Positions 30,906-41,102 of a stretch of DNA of 64,000 bases are shown here, piece after piece. How positions within the stretch are numbered: the stretch's first letter is position 1; each line of letters begins with the position of its first letter. Origin of the DNA: Thermodesulfobacteriota bacterium (GTDB lineage: Bacteria; Desulfobacterota_D; UBA1144; Nemesobacterales; JAJCZQ01). The stretch spans positions 1,632,001 to 1,696,000 of the forward strand of contig OZ244044.1 of the NCBI GenBank assembly GCA_965215275.1, written 5' to 3'. The notes beneath the pieces were generated by a model, which was not told where the DNA came from, did not search any database, and worked only from the letters and a program-made list of their open reading frames with translations. The position numbers and the translations under genes were made by a program.

Positions 30906-31742
30906 ATGAATTTTTTGTTATTTTCAATAATCGTTCCGGTTTTGCTTCTTGTCTCGGCCTGTGTGGCAACGCAGGATGACGTAGGTGGCATCTATGCCAG
31001 ACAGAACAGGATCGAGGCCAAAGTGAAACAGCTGTCGGACAAGCTGGACTCAATAGACGGCGGGGCAGGTGAACTGAACACGGCCCCGAATATCGCAGAT
31101 CAGGTTTTTCAGCTTGAGGTAAAGGTCTACGACGTTGAACAGAAACTGTCACTGTTTGAAAAACAACTTAACACGATTATAAAGAACGGGGAAATAGAGT
31201 CTTTTCAACTGCCGAGATTTCCTGACCTTCAAAATAAGGATGATACACATGCCCTGCCTGGTTCGCTTCAGGATAATGCGAAAAAACAGGTTAAGGGAAG
31301 GGTAAAACAAGTAGTAAGAACAAGATCAGAGCAAAAGGAAAAGTCAGGAACAAAAAGCGAAAAAAATCCCGAAGCCGAGTTAAAAGATGCTTACAGAGAT
31401 ACTAACTTAGGCAAGTATGCAAGTGCCAGGAGAAAGTTCCGGAGTTTTATGAGGGAGTATCCCGGTTCGCAGCGAGGTGCTGACGCGGCTTTTATGATAG
31501 CGGATTCCTATTACAAGGAAGGGCTTTATGAAGAGGCCGTGCTTGAGTATCAGGAGTTTATTGATAAGCACCCGAACGACTCTCGTGTACCCCTGGCATA
31601 TCTGAGACAGCCCTTGAGCTTAATGGAGCTGGGTAAAAAGGAACAGGCAAGGTTGTTTCTGGAGATCCTCATTGACAAGTATCCAAAGTCGCGGGAAGCG
31701 AATGAGGCAAAAAAGTTAATACCAAAACTCAGAAGAAGATAG
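30906..31742 (+). CDS. Tol-Pal associated CpoB/YbgF-like TPR lipoprotein
   Basis: LVSAC lipobox, coiled coil, C-terminal TPR (...LIDKYPKSREA). Confidence 0.85.
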   Translation: MNFLLFSIIVPVLLLVSACVATQDDVGGIYARQNRIEAKVKQLSDKLDSIDGGAGELNTAPNIADQVFQLEVKVYDVEQKLSLFEKQLNTIIKNGEIESFQLPRFPDLQNKDDTHALPGSLQDNAKKQVKGRVKQVVRTRSEQKEKSGTKSEKNPEAELKDAYRDTNLGKYASARRKFRSFMREYPGSQRGADAAFMIADSYYKEGLYEEAVLEYQEFIDKHPNDSRVPLAYLRQPLSLMELGKKEQARLFLEILIDKYPKSREANEAKKLIPKLRRR

Positions 31743-31853
31743 CTGATCTTGTTCAGTAATACCGTGCTGGTCCGGAGCGTCAGTTTTCTATCGGCTGTAT
31801 TTGAACGGGTATAGGTCCTTCCTCTTCTCCACAGCAAAGTTCAGGAAGTAAGT

Positions 31854-33143
31854 GTGATGCCTTCTTTTAAAAGATCTGAAAAACTGTTCATTAAGGCCAA
31901 TAAGTATATGGTAGGTGGGGTTAACAGTCCCGTAAGGTCCTTCAGCGCGGTTGGTGGAACACCTGTATTTATTTCAAAAGCAAAAGGCTCGAGGATATCT
32001 GACGTTGATGGGAACGAATACATTGATTATCTTGCATCCTGGGGACCGCTGATACTTGGACACGCGGATAAGGACGTATTAAAGGCCATAAAAACGTCCT
32101 GTATGGCTGGTACCAGCTACGGAGCACCATGTGAACAGGAGATATCGCTGTCAAGTATAGTGGCTGACAGTGTTCCTTCAATTGAAAAGGTTCGTATGAC
32201 AAGTTCAGGCACCGAGGCAACGATGAGTGCTGTAAGGCTGGCGAGGGCATACACAAAAAAAGATCATATAATCAAGTTTGAGGGATGCTACCATGGACAC
32301 GCGGACCATCTTCTTGTCAAAGCGGGCTCAGGTGTGTCTACTTTCGGTTATCCCAACAGTCCGGGAGTTCCGATATCTTTTACCTCCAAAACCCTGGTCG
32401 CCAGATATAACGACTTTGCTTCAGTGGAGAAGCTATACAGAAAATACGGCGAAAAGATAGCAGGTGTCATTATAGAACCGGTAGCAGGTAACATGGGCGT
32501 CGTGCTGCCTGATCAGGGTTTTTTAAAAGACCTGAGGTCCATAACGAAAAAACACGACTCGCTTCTGATTTTCGATGAGGTCATTACCGGTTTCAGGCTT
32601 GGACCCGGGGGAGCACAGTCCCTTTTTGACGTAATTCCCGATATTACCTGCCTTGGCAAGATCATAGGAGGAGGCCTGCCGGTCGGAGCCTATGGGGCCA
32701 GCAGGGAAATAATGGGTCACATCTCTCCAGAGGGTCCCGTTTATCAGGCTGGTACACTTTCCGGTAATCCCATTGCGGTTGCCGCTGGAGTGGCTGGTCT
32801 GAAAAAGATCATGAAAAAGGACTTTTTTACCAGGTTAGATCTCAAAACTGAAAAAATGGTAAAAGAGATCAGGACCTTCATAGACAGGCACGGTATCAGT
32901 GCGTCTGTAAACCACATTGGCTCTATGTTCACGATCTTTTTCAGCTCCGACAGAGTGGTTGATCATGCAACTGCCTCAAAGTGTGATACGAAAACGTTCG
33001 CCAGATTTTTCACGATGCTTTTAAAGGGAGGCGTTATGTTCCCTCCTTCTCAGTTTGAAACTGCCTTTGTATCGTACTCTCATTCAAAAGAAGATATTGA
33101 AGAAACCCTGAAGGTGATTAAAAAAGCCTTAAAGGACCTGTAG
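31854..33143 (+). CDS. hemL: Glutamate-1-semialdehyde 2,1-aminomutase
   Basis: GGVNSPVR, FEGCYHGH, GKIIGGG, YQAGTLSGNP. Confidence 0.98.
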   Translation: MMPSFKRSEKLFIKANKYMVGGVNSPVRSFSAVGGTPVFISKAKGSRISDVDGNEYIDYLASWGPLILGHADKDVLKAIKTSCMAGTSYGAPCEQEISLSSIVADSVPSIEKVRMTSSGTEATMSAVRLARAYTKKDHIIKFEGCYHGHADHLLVKAGSGVSTFGYPNSPGVPISFTSKTLVARYNDFASVEKLYRKYGEKIAGVIIEPVAGNMGVVLPDQGFLKDLRSITKKHDSLLIFDEVITGFRLGPGGAQSLFDVIPDITCLGKIIGGGLPVGAYGASREIMGHISPEGPVYQAGTLSGNPIAVAAGVAGLKKIMKKDFFTRLDLKTEKMVKEIRTFIDRHGISASVNHIGSMFTIFFSSDRVVDHATASKCDTKTFARFFTMLLKGGVMFPPSQFETAFVSYSHSKEDIEETLKVIKKALKDL

Positions 33144-33148
33144 ACAGA

Positions 33149-33364
33149 ATGCCGAAAAGAGATAAGAGATGGGTTTACTTTGTTGTAGTCGGTACCAACT
33201 TTGGTTTCTCGGTCGCTGCGGGTTTATTGATCGGGAGCTATCTGGATGACAGGTCCGGTAATGAAACACCTTATTTTACGATCCTGGGACTTATTGCGGG
33301 TCTGGTTTCAGGGGTCGTATTCCTTGTGAGGCTGCTGAATCTTAAAAACAAAAATGACGGATAA
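33149..33364 (+). CDS. AtpZ/AtpI-family small membrane protein
   Basis: Two TM helices, GSYLD motif, first gene of the F0 cluster. Confidence 0.8.
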   Translation: MPKRDKRWVYFVVVGTNFGFSVAAGLLIGSYLDDRSGNETPYFTILGLIAGLVSGVVFLVRLLNLKNKNDG

Positions 33365-33734
33365 TAAAAGACCGAAGTTTGTAGTTTTTGGCGGGACGGA
33401 AAAAACTGCCATAGTGGTTATTCTGCTCCTTGTTCTTGGCAATCTGTTAATTGATCAAAGTCAGATAGCGGTTGGGGTAGGGGTAGGGGGATCGCTGTTT
33501 CTTCTTGACTTTATGGGTATAAAATTTATAGTAAATTCAGTATTAAGTAACAGGTATTCAACTGGTTTCAGCCTTTTTGTGTTCATAATTAAACTCACTG
33601 TTTTACTTGGGATATTATTCGCGTTACTGGTGTTTGCAAAATTAAATATTTATGGTTTTATTATAGCCCTTACAGCACTGGTACTTGTTATTATCGGAAG
33701 AGGCTTAAAGGGAAATCATAATGGAACATTCTAA
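33354..33734 (+). CDS. atpI: ATP synthase protein I
   Basis: Four hydrophobic helices upstream of atpB. Confidence 0.7.
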   Translation: MTDNKRPKFVVFGGTEKTAIVVILLLVLGNLLIDQSQIAVGVGVGGSLFLLDFMGIKFIVNSVLSNRYSTGFSLFVFIIKLTVLLGILFALLVFAKLNIYGFIIALTALVLVIIGRGLKGNHNGTF

Positions 33735-34431
33735 CTGGTTTATATTCTTGCTTGGAAAGCTTGGACTGGAGAATTATCACATACCGGACCACGTACTGGG
33801 TACCATTTTTGTTCTGGCACTGATCGCCGTTATCGGAGTAAGTTTAAAGAAGCGTCTTTCAAAAGAATCTGCCATAGTTCCGGATTCAAAGATATCACTA
33901 AATAATTTCCTTCAGGTCATATGTCTGGATTTTTTATTCAGCATTTTTGAAGATATTTTTCATTCAAGAGAGAAAGCGGAAAAATATTTTCCACTCCTTG
34001 GAGGGTCGTTCGTTTTTATTTTATTTTTAAATCTTCTCGGGATCGTTCCCGGTTTTACTCCTCCGACCGGTTCTCTGAGCACGACCCTTGCTTTTGGGGC
34101 GATCATTTTCGTTATGTACAACTATTATGGATTTAAGGAACACGGTATATCCTATTTAAAGCATTTTGCCGGTCCGGTCTTGTTTCTTGCTCCTTTGATG
34201 ATCATCATTGAGGTAATAAGTCATCTTGTAAGACCTGTGTCACTTTCCCTAAGGCTTTTTATGAACATCACGGGCGACCATATGGTACTGAGCGTATTTA
34301 CGAACCTGACCCATATTTTCTTACCGGCGATCTTTGTCGGGCTGGGTATATTCGTAGCCTTTTTGCAGGCGTTTATTTTCACTGTGCTTTCTGCCATTTA
34401 CATCGTTCTGGCAGAGTCACATGATCACTGA
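33721..34431 (+). CDS. atpB: ATP synthase F0 subunit a
   Basis: RPVSLSLRLFMN, LQAFIF. Confidence 0.97.
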   Translation: MEHSNWFIFLLGKLGLENYHIPDHVLGTIFVLALIAVIGVSLKKRLSKESAIVPDSKISLNNFLQVICLDFLFSIFEDIFHSREKAEKYFPLLGGSFVFILFLNLLGIVPGFTPPTGSLSTTLAFGAIIFVMYNYYGFKEHGISYLKHFAGPVLFLAPLMIIIEVISHLVRPVSLSLRLFMNITGDHMVLSVFTNLTHIFLPAIFVGLGIFVAFLQAFIFTVLSAIYIVLAESHDH

Positions 34432-34481
34432 TTATAGAGATAAAATAACAACACTAACATATTTATAAGGAGGTTTTCTTA

Positions 34482-34814
34482 ATGAAAAAGTTATTTTCAT
34501 TATTCGTTTTGGTTGCGGCGGTGGTTGGAGTTTTTGTTCCAGAGGCTTTTGCGGAAGCAGGTGCGGAGGCGGGCAAGGTAGGTGATCTGGCAAAGCTGGG
34601 AATAGGACTTGGCGCAGGGCTGGGTATTGGGGTCGCAGCTGGTATTGCCGGTATGGGACAGGGACGTGCTACTGCAGCGGCACTTGATGGGATTGCAAGA
34701 AATCCTGGTGCTGCTTCTGCAATTCAGACCCCGATGATAATTGGTCTTGCACTTATTGAGTCCCTTGTAATATACGCTTTGCTGATCGCTTTCTTATTGC
34801 AGGGAAAGATATAA
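34482..34814 (+). CDS. atpE: ATP synthase F0 subunit c with N-terminal leader
   Basis: ARNP, LALIESL; leader MKKLFSLF...AFA. Confidence 0.96.
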   Translation: MKKLFSLFVLVAAVVGVFVPEAFAEAGAEAGKVGDLAKLGIGLGAGLGIGVAAGIAGMGQGRATAAALDGIARNPGAASAIQTPMIIGLALIESLVIYALLIAFLLQGKI

Positions 34815-34845
34815 AAGGTACATAGATCTTGATTTAGATATTTAG

Positions 34846-34877
34846 AGACATGGAGAGCGTTAAAGCTCTCCATGTCT
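34846..34877. terminator. Hairpin between convergent atpE and cca
   Basis: AGACATGGAGAGC-gttaaa-GCTCTCCATGTCT perfect 13-bp stem. Confidence 0.7.
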
Positions 34878-35010
34878 GTTATGAGGGTCTGCAAGAGGTC
34901 TAATGTTTTATCGTTAACGGTATTTTTCCTTTGCGGACGTGACGGCGGAAGTAAAAAACCCTGTATGGTCCATTATACAGAAAAATTACCTGCTCCTGGT
35001 TCAGATATCT

Positions 35011-36369
35011 TTAAGGGCTGAAGTTATTTTTAACAAAGTTTAACGCTTCTTCCTTATCTTTTAACTTGCCTTCGAGTTGCTGCTCTTCTATTTTATTTAA
35101 AATCCTTGAGAACAGAGGTCCGGGTTTTAATCCACATCCGATCAGGTCGTTGCCATTTATAAGTGGAACGGGTTTTATGTCCTCTTCCTGAAAATTTTCC
35201 AGTTTGTGCTTTATAAAATCATAAGCGTCCCTGAGCCCATGGCTTCCCAGACAGTCTGCAAGGTGCATCGTTAAATGGTCGTTAAAATTCGGGATGGAAA
35301 TGAACCTTTTTAAAGTACTTTCTCTCATTTTCATGACGTCTTTGAACTTTAAATGTTCATTGATCAGCGAGGTGATATGATCGGTCTGTTTTCTGGAGAA
35401 CCTCAGCCGTTTACATATCTTCCTTGCCATTGCCGCACCAACTCTGTCATGTCCGTTAAAGCGTATCCTGTCAGTGACTTCAAAGGTCGGCGGTTTTCCC
35501 ACGTCATGGAGCAGTGCACCCATTGCTGTCTCAGGTGAGTATTTCCCTTCTGTAATTTCGTACAGCTTATCCAGAACGATGCAGGTGTGCGTGAATACAT
35601 CGCCTTCGGGGTGAAATTGTGGCGGCTGCTCAACCCCTGTCATATCGGAGACTTCAGGTAATATATGTTTCAGAAGTCCTGCTTCATCAAGCAGTTTAAG
35701 TCCATATCCTGGATTTTTCTGCGTTATTATCTTTAAAAGTTCATCCCTTATTCGCTCTTTGCTTACCTTGTTTATATCACCGCTTAATTTTTTAATGGCG
35801 TTAAAGGTCTTTTCCTCTATTTTAAACGACAGTCTTGCTGCAAATCTGGTGGCTCTTATCATCCTGAGCTTATCCTCTCCAAACCTTAGTTCAGGATCGC
35901 CGATCGTTCTGATTATTTTTTCCCTCAGGTCTTTTTCTCCCTCAACGTGGTCGTGAAGCTTTTTTTTCATCGGATCATAGAGCATTCCATTGATCGTGAA
36001 ATCCCTTCTTAGAACGTCCTCTACCTCACTTTTGCTGTACTTTACCTCTGAAGGATGTCTGCCGTCCTTATATTTGTTTTCTTTTCGGAAAGTTGCCACC
36101 TCGAACTCTCCATCGGTACCCTGCACCAGTATTACCCCGAATTGCCTGCCGATCGGTACGTTCCTGGGAAATATTTTCTGTATGTCTTCCGGAGGTGCAC
36201 TGGTAGCAATATCATACTCCTGCAGCTCTTTCTGACCCATCAGTGCATCTCTTAAGCATCCACCGACCAGAAAGGCCTTATGTCCATGGCCGCAAAGCGT
36301 CTCCACGATGGATCTTGCTTCATTGTAGCGTCTGCCGTTAAACTCTTCGATAACCTTACTTGTAATCAT
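35011..36369 (-). CDS. CCA tRNA nucleotidyltransferase/poly(A) polymerase family with HD domain
   Basis: VGGCLRD, RRDFTING, EDKLRMIR, LLHDVGK. Confidence 0.93.
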   Translation of the reverse strand: MITSKVIEEFNGRRYNEARSIVETLCGHGHKAFLVGGCLRDALMGQKELQEYDIATSAPPEDIQKIFPRNVPIGRQFGVILVQGTDGEFEVATFRKENKYKDGRHPSEVKYSKSEVEDVLRRDFTINGMLYDPMKKKLHDHVEGEKDLREKIIRTIGDPELRFGEDKLRMIRATRFAARLSFKIEEKTFNAIKKLSGDINKVSKERIRDELLKIITQKNPGYGLKLLDEAGLLKHILPEVSDMTGVEQPPQFHPEGDVFTHTCIVLDKLYEITEGKYSPETAMGALLHDVGKPPTFEVTDRIRFNGHDRVGAAMARKICKRLRFSRKQTDHITSLINEHLKFKDVMKMRESTLKRFISIPNFNDHLTMHLADCLGSHGLRDAYDFIKHKLENFQEEDIKPVPLINGNDLIGCGLKPGPLFSRILNKIEEQQLEGKLKDKEEALNFVKNNFSP

Positions 36370-36577
36370 CTGTTTGGATCTTTTTATCCTTGTATTTACA
36401 ACCCTTTTATTATACTATTACATTTGTTGCTTGACTATTTTACAGATTTTTTCAGGTATAGATAACTGCCGGTAACGAGAGTAACAGGATGCTCTTCTGA
36501 GCGTCTTTTTTAATGTCCTTGGTAATAAATATGACGATAAAAGATGGATTTATCTTAAAGTCTGAGAGATAGTCACA

Positions 36578-37606
36578 GTGACCTTAAATGGCGACTTCGG
36601 AGATCGTGTGAACGAATCAAAATTCTATAATTTTTTTCAGGGCAGAATCAAAAAAAACAGATCAAGGCTTCTTTTTCAAAAGCGCGACGGGTGGAGCTGG
36701 AAACAGATAACCTGGCTGGATTTTAATACTGACGTCAACAGCATAGCTGCGTTTTTATTAGATAGTGGTTTTCAAAAAGAGGACAAGGTGCTGATAGTTT
36801 CCTCTAATACACTTGAGAGATTGTTCGTTGAATCAGCGATACTTCTGCTGGGAGGCTGTACGGTTTCCATACCCTGCAACGTTCAGGTTGAGGAAGCTGC
36901 GAAAGTGCTGAACGGGGAAAGGATCAGGTTTGCCTTTGCAGGCAGTGCCGATATTTTAAGCGCTCTGAAACCGGCTTTACGATCAAGCCAGTTCATTGAA
37001 AAGATATTCCTGCTTTCCGATCACAGATTGGACATTAAGGATAATATTGTCAATTACGGTTCTGTTGTGAAGTTCGGATCTATGAAATTAAAGAAACTGA
37101 AAGACGACCTGACGAAGTTATCTGTATCCGTAAGTCCGGATACCCCGGCGATCAGCTTTTATGTCTTTGAAGATGGAAAGATGGAGAGTAAGGTCCTTAC
37201 CCAGGAGTTCGTTCTGAAGCTGCTTCGGCTGTCTTATAAAAAGCTGAGGTTTATAACCCCGGAAGATCAGTCTTTTTCTTATCTGAGTTCATCGGGGTTG
37301 TTCTCGGAACTTGCCAACTTTTTACCGTTCTTTATGGAAAACAGGGTAGCAATAGCCGGGAGCAAAGAGGACTTTTATACGGACGTACTGGAAATTATGC
37401 CGACGGTGCTGTTCTTGTCAGATGAATATTCAAAGCAGACGTTAAGCAGTTTTAATGAGAACAACGGTTCAGGGTCGTTGAGAAAATTTTTTGGCGGAAG
37501 ACTTAAATACGTTTTTACCAACAGAGAACCGGAATATTCGGTAAAGAACAGGTTCATTAAGGAAGGCATATCGGTTATTGCCCTGCCTGAACTCGCGTCA
37601 CTGTAA
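36578..37606 (+). CDS. Degenerate, truncated AMP-binding (long-chain acyl-CoA ligase-like) protein
   Basis: WKQITW...GFQKEDKV N-terminus and FFGGRLKY; lacks the SGTTG loop and C-terminal domain. Confidence 0.7.
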   Translation: MTLNGDFGDRVNESKFYNFFQGRIKKNRSRLLFQKRDGWSWKQITWLDFNTDVNSIAAFLLDSGFQKEDKVLIVSSNTLERLFVESAILLLGGCTVSIPCNVQVEEAAKVLNGERIRFAFAGSADILSALKPALRSSQFIEKIFLLSDHRLDIKDNIVNYGSVVKFGSMKLKKLKDDLTKLSVSVSPDTPAISFYVFEDGKMESKVLTQEFVLKLLRLSYKKLRFITPEDQSFSYLSSSGLFSELANFLPFFMENRVAIAGSKEDFYTDVLEIMPTVLFLSDEYSKQTLSSFNENNGSGSLRKFFGGRLKYVFTNREPEYSVKNRFIKEGISVIALPELASL

Positions 37607-37747
37607 GGAAAAAGGGAATTTAAGCCAGAATTACCCTTTGCTGCCGCCGAGTACCTTGATATGGTTTCACGGACGATCGGTTAATGACAATAACGGCAGT
37701 GGCATAACTAATACGAACTTAATGTTCTTATAAGCGGTCCCGGCCGT

Positions 37748-38926
37748 TCAGCTTGTAACCTTGTCAACGGTGCAGTCGGCTTTACCGATGTGAAACTGTA
37801 TAGAGAGCTTATCTCCCGTTTTTATATCTTTTGAACTTTTTATAACATGTTCTTTCTTTCTATCCTGCACGATGCTGTAGCCTCTGCCAAGCACGTTCAG
37901 TGGACTTATACTGTTCAGCTTGGTAACCAGGACATTTAGCTGTGACCGACTTGTATCCCGTTTATTTTTAATGCTCCATATAAGTTCGCTTTTGACATGG
38001 TCCAGGTCTTTGGTCAGTATCCCTATGCGATTGCTCAGGGAAGAGTTGATCCTTCTGCTGAAGTTCTTTAACTCGTCTAAAAGCTCGTTCCTGTCTTTTA
38101 CGGCGAGTTCCGCCGCTGCAGATGGTGTTGCCGCTCTTAAGTCGGCGACCAGGTCTGCAATCGTCACATCCGTTTCGTGTCCTACCGCCGATATGGTAGG
38201 GAACGGAGATATACTTATTTCCCTTGCAACCAGTTCTTCATTAAATACCCACAGGTCTTCTGACGACCCACCGCCTCGGGCGACTATGATAAGGTCAAGG
38301 TCGTTTATTCTGTACAATAATCTCAGCGCCTTTGATATTTCCGAAGGTGCGTTCTTTCCCTGTACCCTTGCTGGAGAAACGATTATCTGCGTGTTAGAAG
38401 ATCTTCTTTGTGTTACTTTTATTATATCTCTTATCACTGCTCCGGTTGGAGAAGTGATCACTCCGATCTTTCTGCTTAAGAACGGTAGCTGTCGTTTACG
38501 ACCCGGATCAAAAAGTCCTTCTGATTTTAATTTTTCCTTTAGCTGTTCAAGGGCAAGCCTCTGAGCTCCGATACCTTTTGGTTCGATATAAGTGACGTTT
38601 ATCTGACAGGTGCCGCTCTTTTCGTAAATGCTGATCTGTCCGCAGCATATTACTTCCTGTCCATCTTTTGGTTTGAATTTGATATGCTGGTTATTTCCTC
38701 TGAAACATACTGCAGATATCAGGCTTTTCTCGTCTTTTAATGAAAAGTACCAATGTCCGCTTGAGTAATTTCCTTTGAAGTTAGATATTTCCCCTTCGAT
38801 CCACAGATATTCCTTTTTGAACTCTTTATCAAGGATCTTTTTGATCCTGGAGTTTAGCTCGGATACCTTCAGGATATTTTCACTGATCAGGTTTTTAAAT
38901 GAAGGATACTCTGTGGTGTCTGTCAT
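37748..38926 (-). CDS. xseA: Exodeoxyribonuclease VII large subunit
   Basis: GEISN, SGHWYFSLKD, ARGGGS, AVGHETD, TPSAAAE. Confidence 0.97.
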   Translation of the reverse strand: MTDTTEYPSFKNLISENILKVSELNSRIKKILDKEFKKEYLWIEGEISNFKGNYSSGHWYFSLKDEKSLISAVCFRGNNQHIKFKPKDGQEVICCGQISIYEKSGTCQINVTYIEPKGIGAQRLALEQLKEKLKSEGLFDPGRKRQLPFLSRKIGVITSPTGAVIRDIIKVTQRRSSNTQIIVSPARVQGKNAPSEISKALRLLYRINDLDLIIVARGGGSSEDLWVFNEELVAREISISPFPTISAVGHETDVTIADLVADLRAATPSAAAELAVKDRNELLDELKNFSRRINSSLSNRIGILTKDLDHVKSELIWSIKNKRDTSRSQLNVLVTKLNSISPLNVLGRGYSIVQDRKKEHVIKSSKDIKTGDKLSIQFHIGKADCTVDKVTS

Positions 38927-39417
38927 ATCAGATCAGGAAAGGACCTTCTTATTTCGTCCAGGTAAGTTGGGTCCATCTTGGTATTCTTGAGGGTTTTAAC
39001 GTTCGAGAGCTGCTTCAGGGTGAGTTTTCTGACCCCGGATAGGTCTGCTCCATACAGATCGGCTCCATCCAGGTTGGTAAGTTTCATATTGCACCCTCTT
39101 AGATTTGCATTTCTGATGTTGGAATTTATCAAATGTGCGCCTTCCATGTTCGCACCTTCCATGTTCGCACCTTCCATGTTAGCGCCTTCCATGTTAGCAC
39201 CGTAAAGATTTGCATTTATGAATATGGAACTTTTAAGGTTGGAGCTTTTCAGATAGGCCAGCTTGAGATTAACCTCCTGGAAATTTACCGACATCAGGTC
39301 AAGACCTATAAGGTTTGCCCAGCTCAGATCGGGAGATCCACCCGTGTTGTCATCTCTCCACCTGTTCCATAAGACCACGCCTTGATTGATCAGTTTTAAG
39401 TGATTTGAGTTTGCCAT
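38923..39417 (-). CDS. Pentapeptide repeat protein
   Basis: A(N/D)LxG repeats incl. (ANMEG)x4 encoded by 15-bp tandem repeats near 39140-39200. Confidence 0.92.
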   Translation of the reverse strand: MANSNHLKLINQGVVLWNRWRDDNTGGSPDLSWANLIGLDLMSVNFQEVNLKLAYLKSSNLKSSIFINANLYGANMEGANMEGANMEGANMEGAHLINSNIRNANLRGCNMKLTNLDGADLYGADLSGVRKLTLKQLSNVKTLKNTKMDPTYLDEIRRSFPDLI

Positions 39418-39426
39418 CGTAGCCGT

Positions 39427-39606
39427 TCAGAAGATCTTTAGAGCCGTGAGAAGTATATAGATCGCAAAGAGTATGAAAGCCACTCTTCTGAAAAAACCCA
39501 TTATTCTGCTCTTTCCGGCCTTTGTCAGTTTTTCACCGCAGTTGAAGCACGTACTGGTCTTCATGGAAATTTCAAAACCACATTCTTCACACTTTATAAC
39601 GTTCAT
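39427..39606 (-). CDS. Small zinc-ribbon membrane protein (59 aa, not in the ORF track)
   Basis: Manual translation MNVIKCEECGFEISMKTSTCFNCGEKL...FFRRVAFILFAIYILLTALKIF*; GAGG upstream; fills the operon gap. Confidence 0.8.
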   Translation of the reverse strand: MNVIKCEECGFEISMKTSTCFNCGEKLTKAGKSRIMGFFRRVAFILFAIYILLTALKIF

Positions 39607-39615
39607 TTCTGCCTC

Positions 39616-41076
39616 TTAACTGTTCAGCCTTGACGAGGTGGCTTCTACGATAACGGGATGATATTTTCGTATTTCTTCCATAAGGTCCTGCATAACGGTC
39701 TTTATGTCCCACTGGGCTGCTTCTGACGTTCTTAGGTTTACAAGATGGAAAAGTTCCCACAGATCAAACTTACCGGTCACCCGTCTGTTATGGGCATTTG
39801 TTACCACGTAATGAGCGGCCGTGTCGAGTCCCTCGTTCATCAGTTTTTCAAACATATCTTCACTCCGTTCTGTTGCTTTAAGTAACAGCTCCTCGACCCC
39901 TGCTTCTTTGATCCTGGGGGGAACAGTTATGCCGTTATAAACGGAAGGTTCACCAAATATCCAGTTTACCTTTCTGTGTCTGAGAAGCTGATGCCAGCAA
40001 GCCTCACTTATTACAAGCTCTGCTTCGTAGTCTATGAGTTTAAACGCTTTTACCGGATTGTCATGTTTACCGAGATGTTTGACGGTTTCTTTAAATAACG
40101 ACGTTAGCTGCTCGGACGTAAGTGATTCTACAAGTCCTGATACTTTACTGTACTTACTGTCGTGACGTTCGAATATTACTGCTTTAATTATCTTTTTTAA
40201 TGCAATGTCCTGCGGGTTGTCCGAATTATCTCCCGTCCAGCTTATCAGGTTCACCCTTGCTGAGGGTCTGTTGTAAACTGATGTATCGCACATTTTGTCT
40301 GACAGCCTTTCAAATATACCGCGGGTTTTTGTTATATACCCCTTTTCGCTTGCGTATTTTATTAAAGTTGGTACAGAAAAACCTACCTCTTGCTTGATCT
40401 CGTTCGCCCTTGAACGAACTTCTGGGTATTTACTTGACAGAAGCACCGCAAGGGCATCTTCAACGGCTCTTGCGTTGGCTGTTATACCCAGGTTGGTATA
40501 AGTGGACAGATTAAGTGCGTACCTGGCGTCTTCAAATGCTATTTTCTCCAGTACTTTGTCGTCTGACGACGGGTCTTTTTTTTTCAGATAGCTTATCAAA
40601 GCATTGTATAAGTCGATATATAGGTCATACGTGTTCAGCGACAGCTTCTGAAACTCTTTGTTTAAGGATCTTTTACTGCTTACCTCCACTGGGGTGTAAA
40701 AACCACCCCTGACCGGTTTCTGGTACCTCTGCGAATACTCTGTAAAGGAAAGATATTCATTGGAAAGTTCAAGAAGGGAAGAGAACAGCCTTGATACTTT
40801 CTCTACACCTACGTGGACGCAGGCATGTTCGGCAACGGAAGAATGTCCATAGTTCAGGACCCATTTTTCGTGAAATTTACTGGCCCTTTCCTGCCCCATC
40901 TGTTCCTCTTTAATTACAGTGCTGATATTTTCCCTGAAGCTCTTCATACTTCTGCTTACGTAGGCGAAAATAACCGCAACGACTTCCTCGGGAATGTTGT
41001 TTACCGTGTAGATATCTTTGTCAAGGTTGGAAACGTACTGCTTTATTTTATCGTTTTCTTCTTTATTGTTGCTCAT
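39616..41076 (-). CDS. thyX: FAD-dependent thymidylate synthase, long two-domain form
   Basis: YGHSSVAEHA, TEYSQRY, EDARY, QLLRHR, LRT...AQWDI. Confidence 0.85.
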   Translation of the reverse strand: MSNNKEENDKIKQYVSNLDKDIYTVNNIPEEVVAVIFAYVSRSMKSFRENISTVIKEEQMGQERASKFHEKWVLNYGHSSVAEHACVHVGVEKVSRLFSSLLELSNEYLSFTEYSQRYQKPVRGGFYTPVEVSSKRSLNKEFQKLSLNTYDLYIDLYNALISYLKKKDPSSDDKVLEKIAFEDARYALNLSTYTNLGITANARAVEDALAVLLSSKYPEVRSRANEIKQEVGFSVPTLIKYASEKGYITKTRGIFERLSDKMCDTSVYNRPSARVNLISWTGDNSDNPQDIALKKIIKAVIFERHDSKYSKVSGLVESLTSEQLTSLFKETVKHLGKHDNPVKAFKLIDYEAELVISEACWHQLLRHRKVNWIFGEPSVYNGITVPPRIKEAGVEELLLKATERSEDMFEKLMNEGLDTAAHYVVTNAHNRRVTGKFDLWELFHLVNLRTSEAAQWDIKTVMQDLMEEIRKYHPVIVEATSSRLNS

Positions 41077-41102
41077 TGTGACCGGTCTCTGCAGTAAGTT
41101 GT

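Noticed and set aside
34482..34560. Signal-like leader on ATP synthase subunit c
   Set aside because: Already known in several bacterial lineages; not novel.
37920..38564. Long antisense ORFs (also 59622-60182, 3275-3811, 21356-21862)
   Set aside because: Fully overlap well-supported genes on the opposite strand and show no protein motifs.
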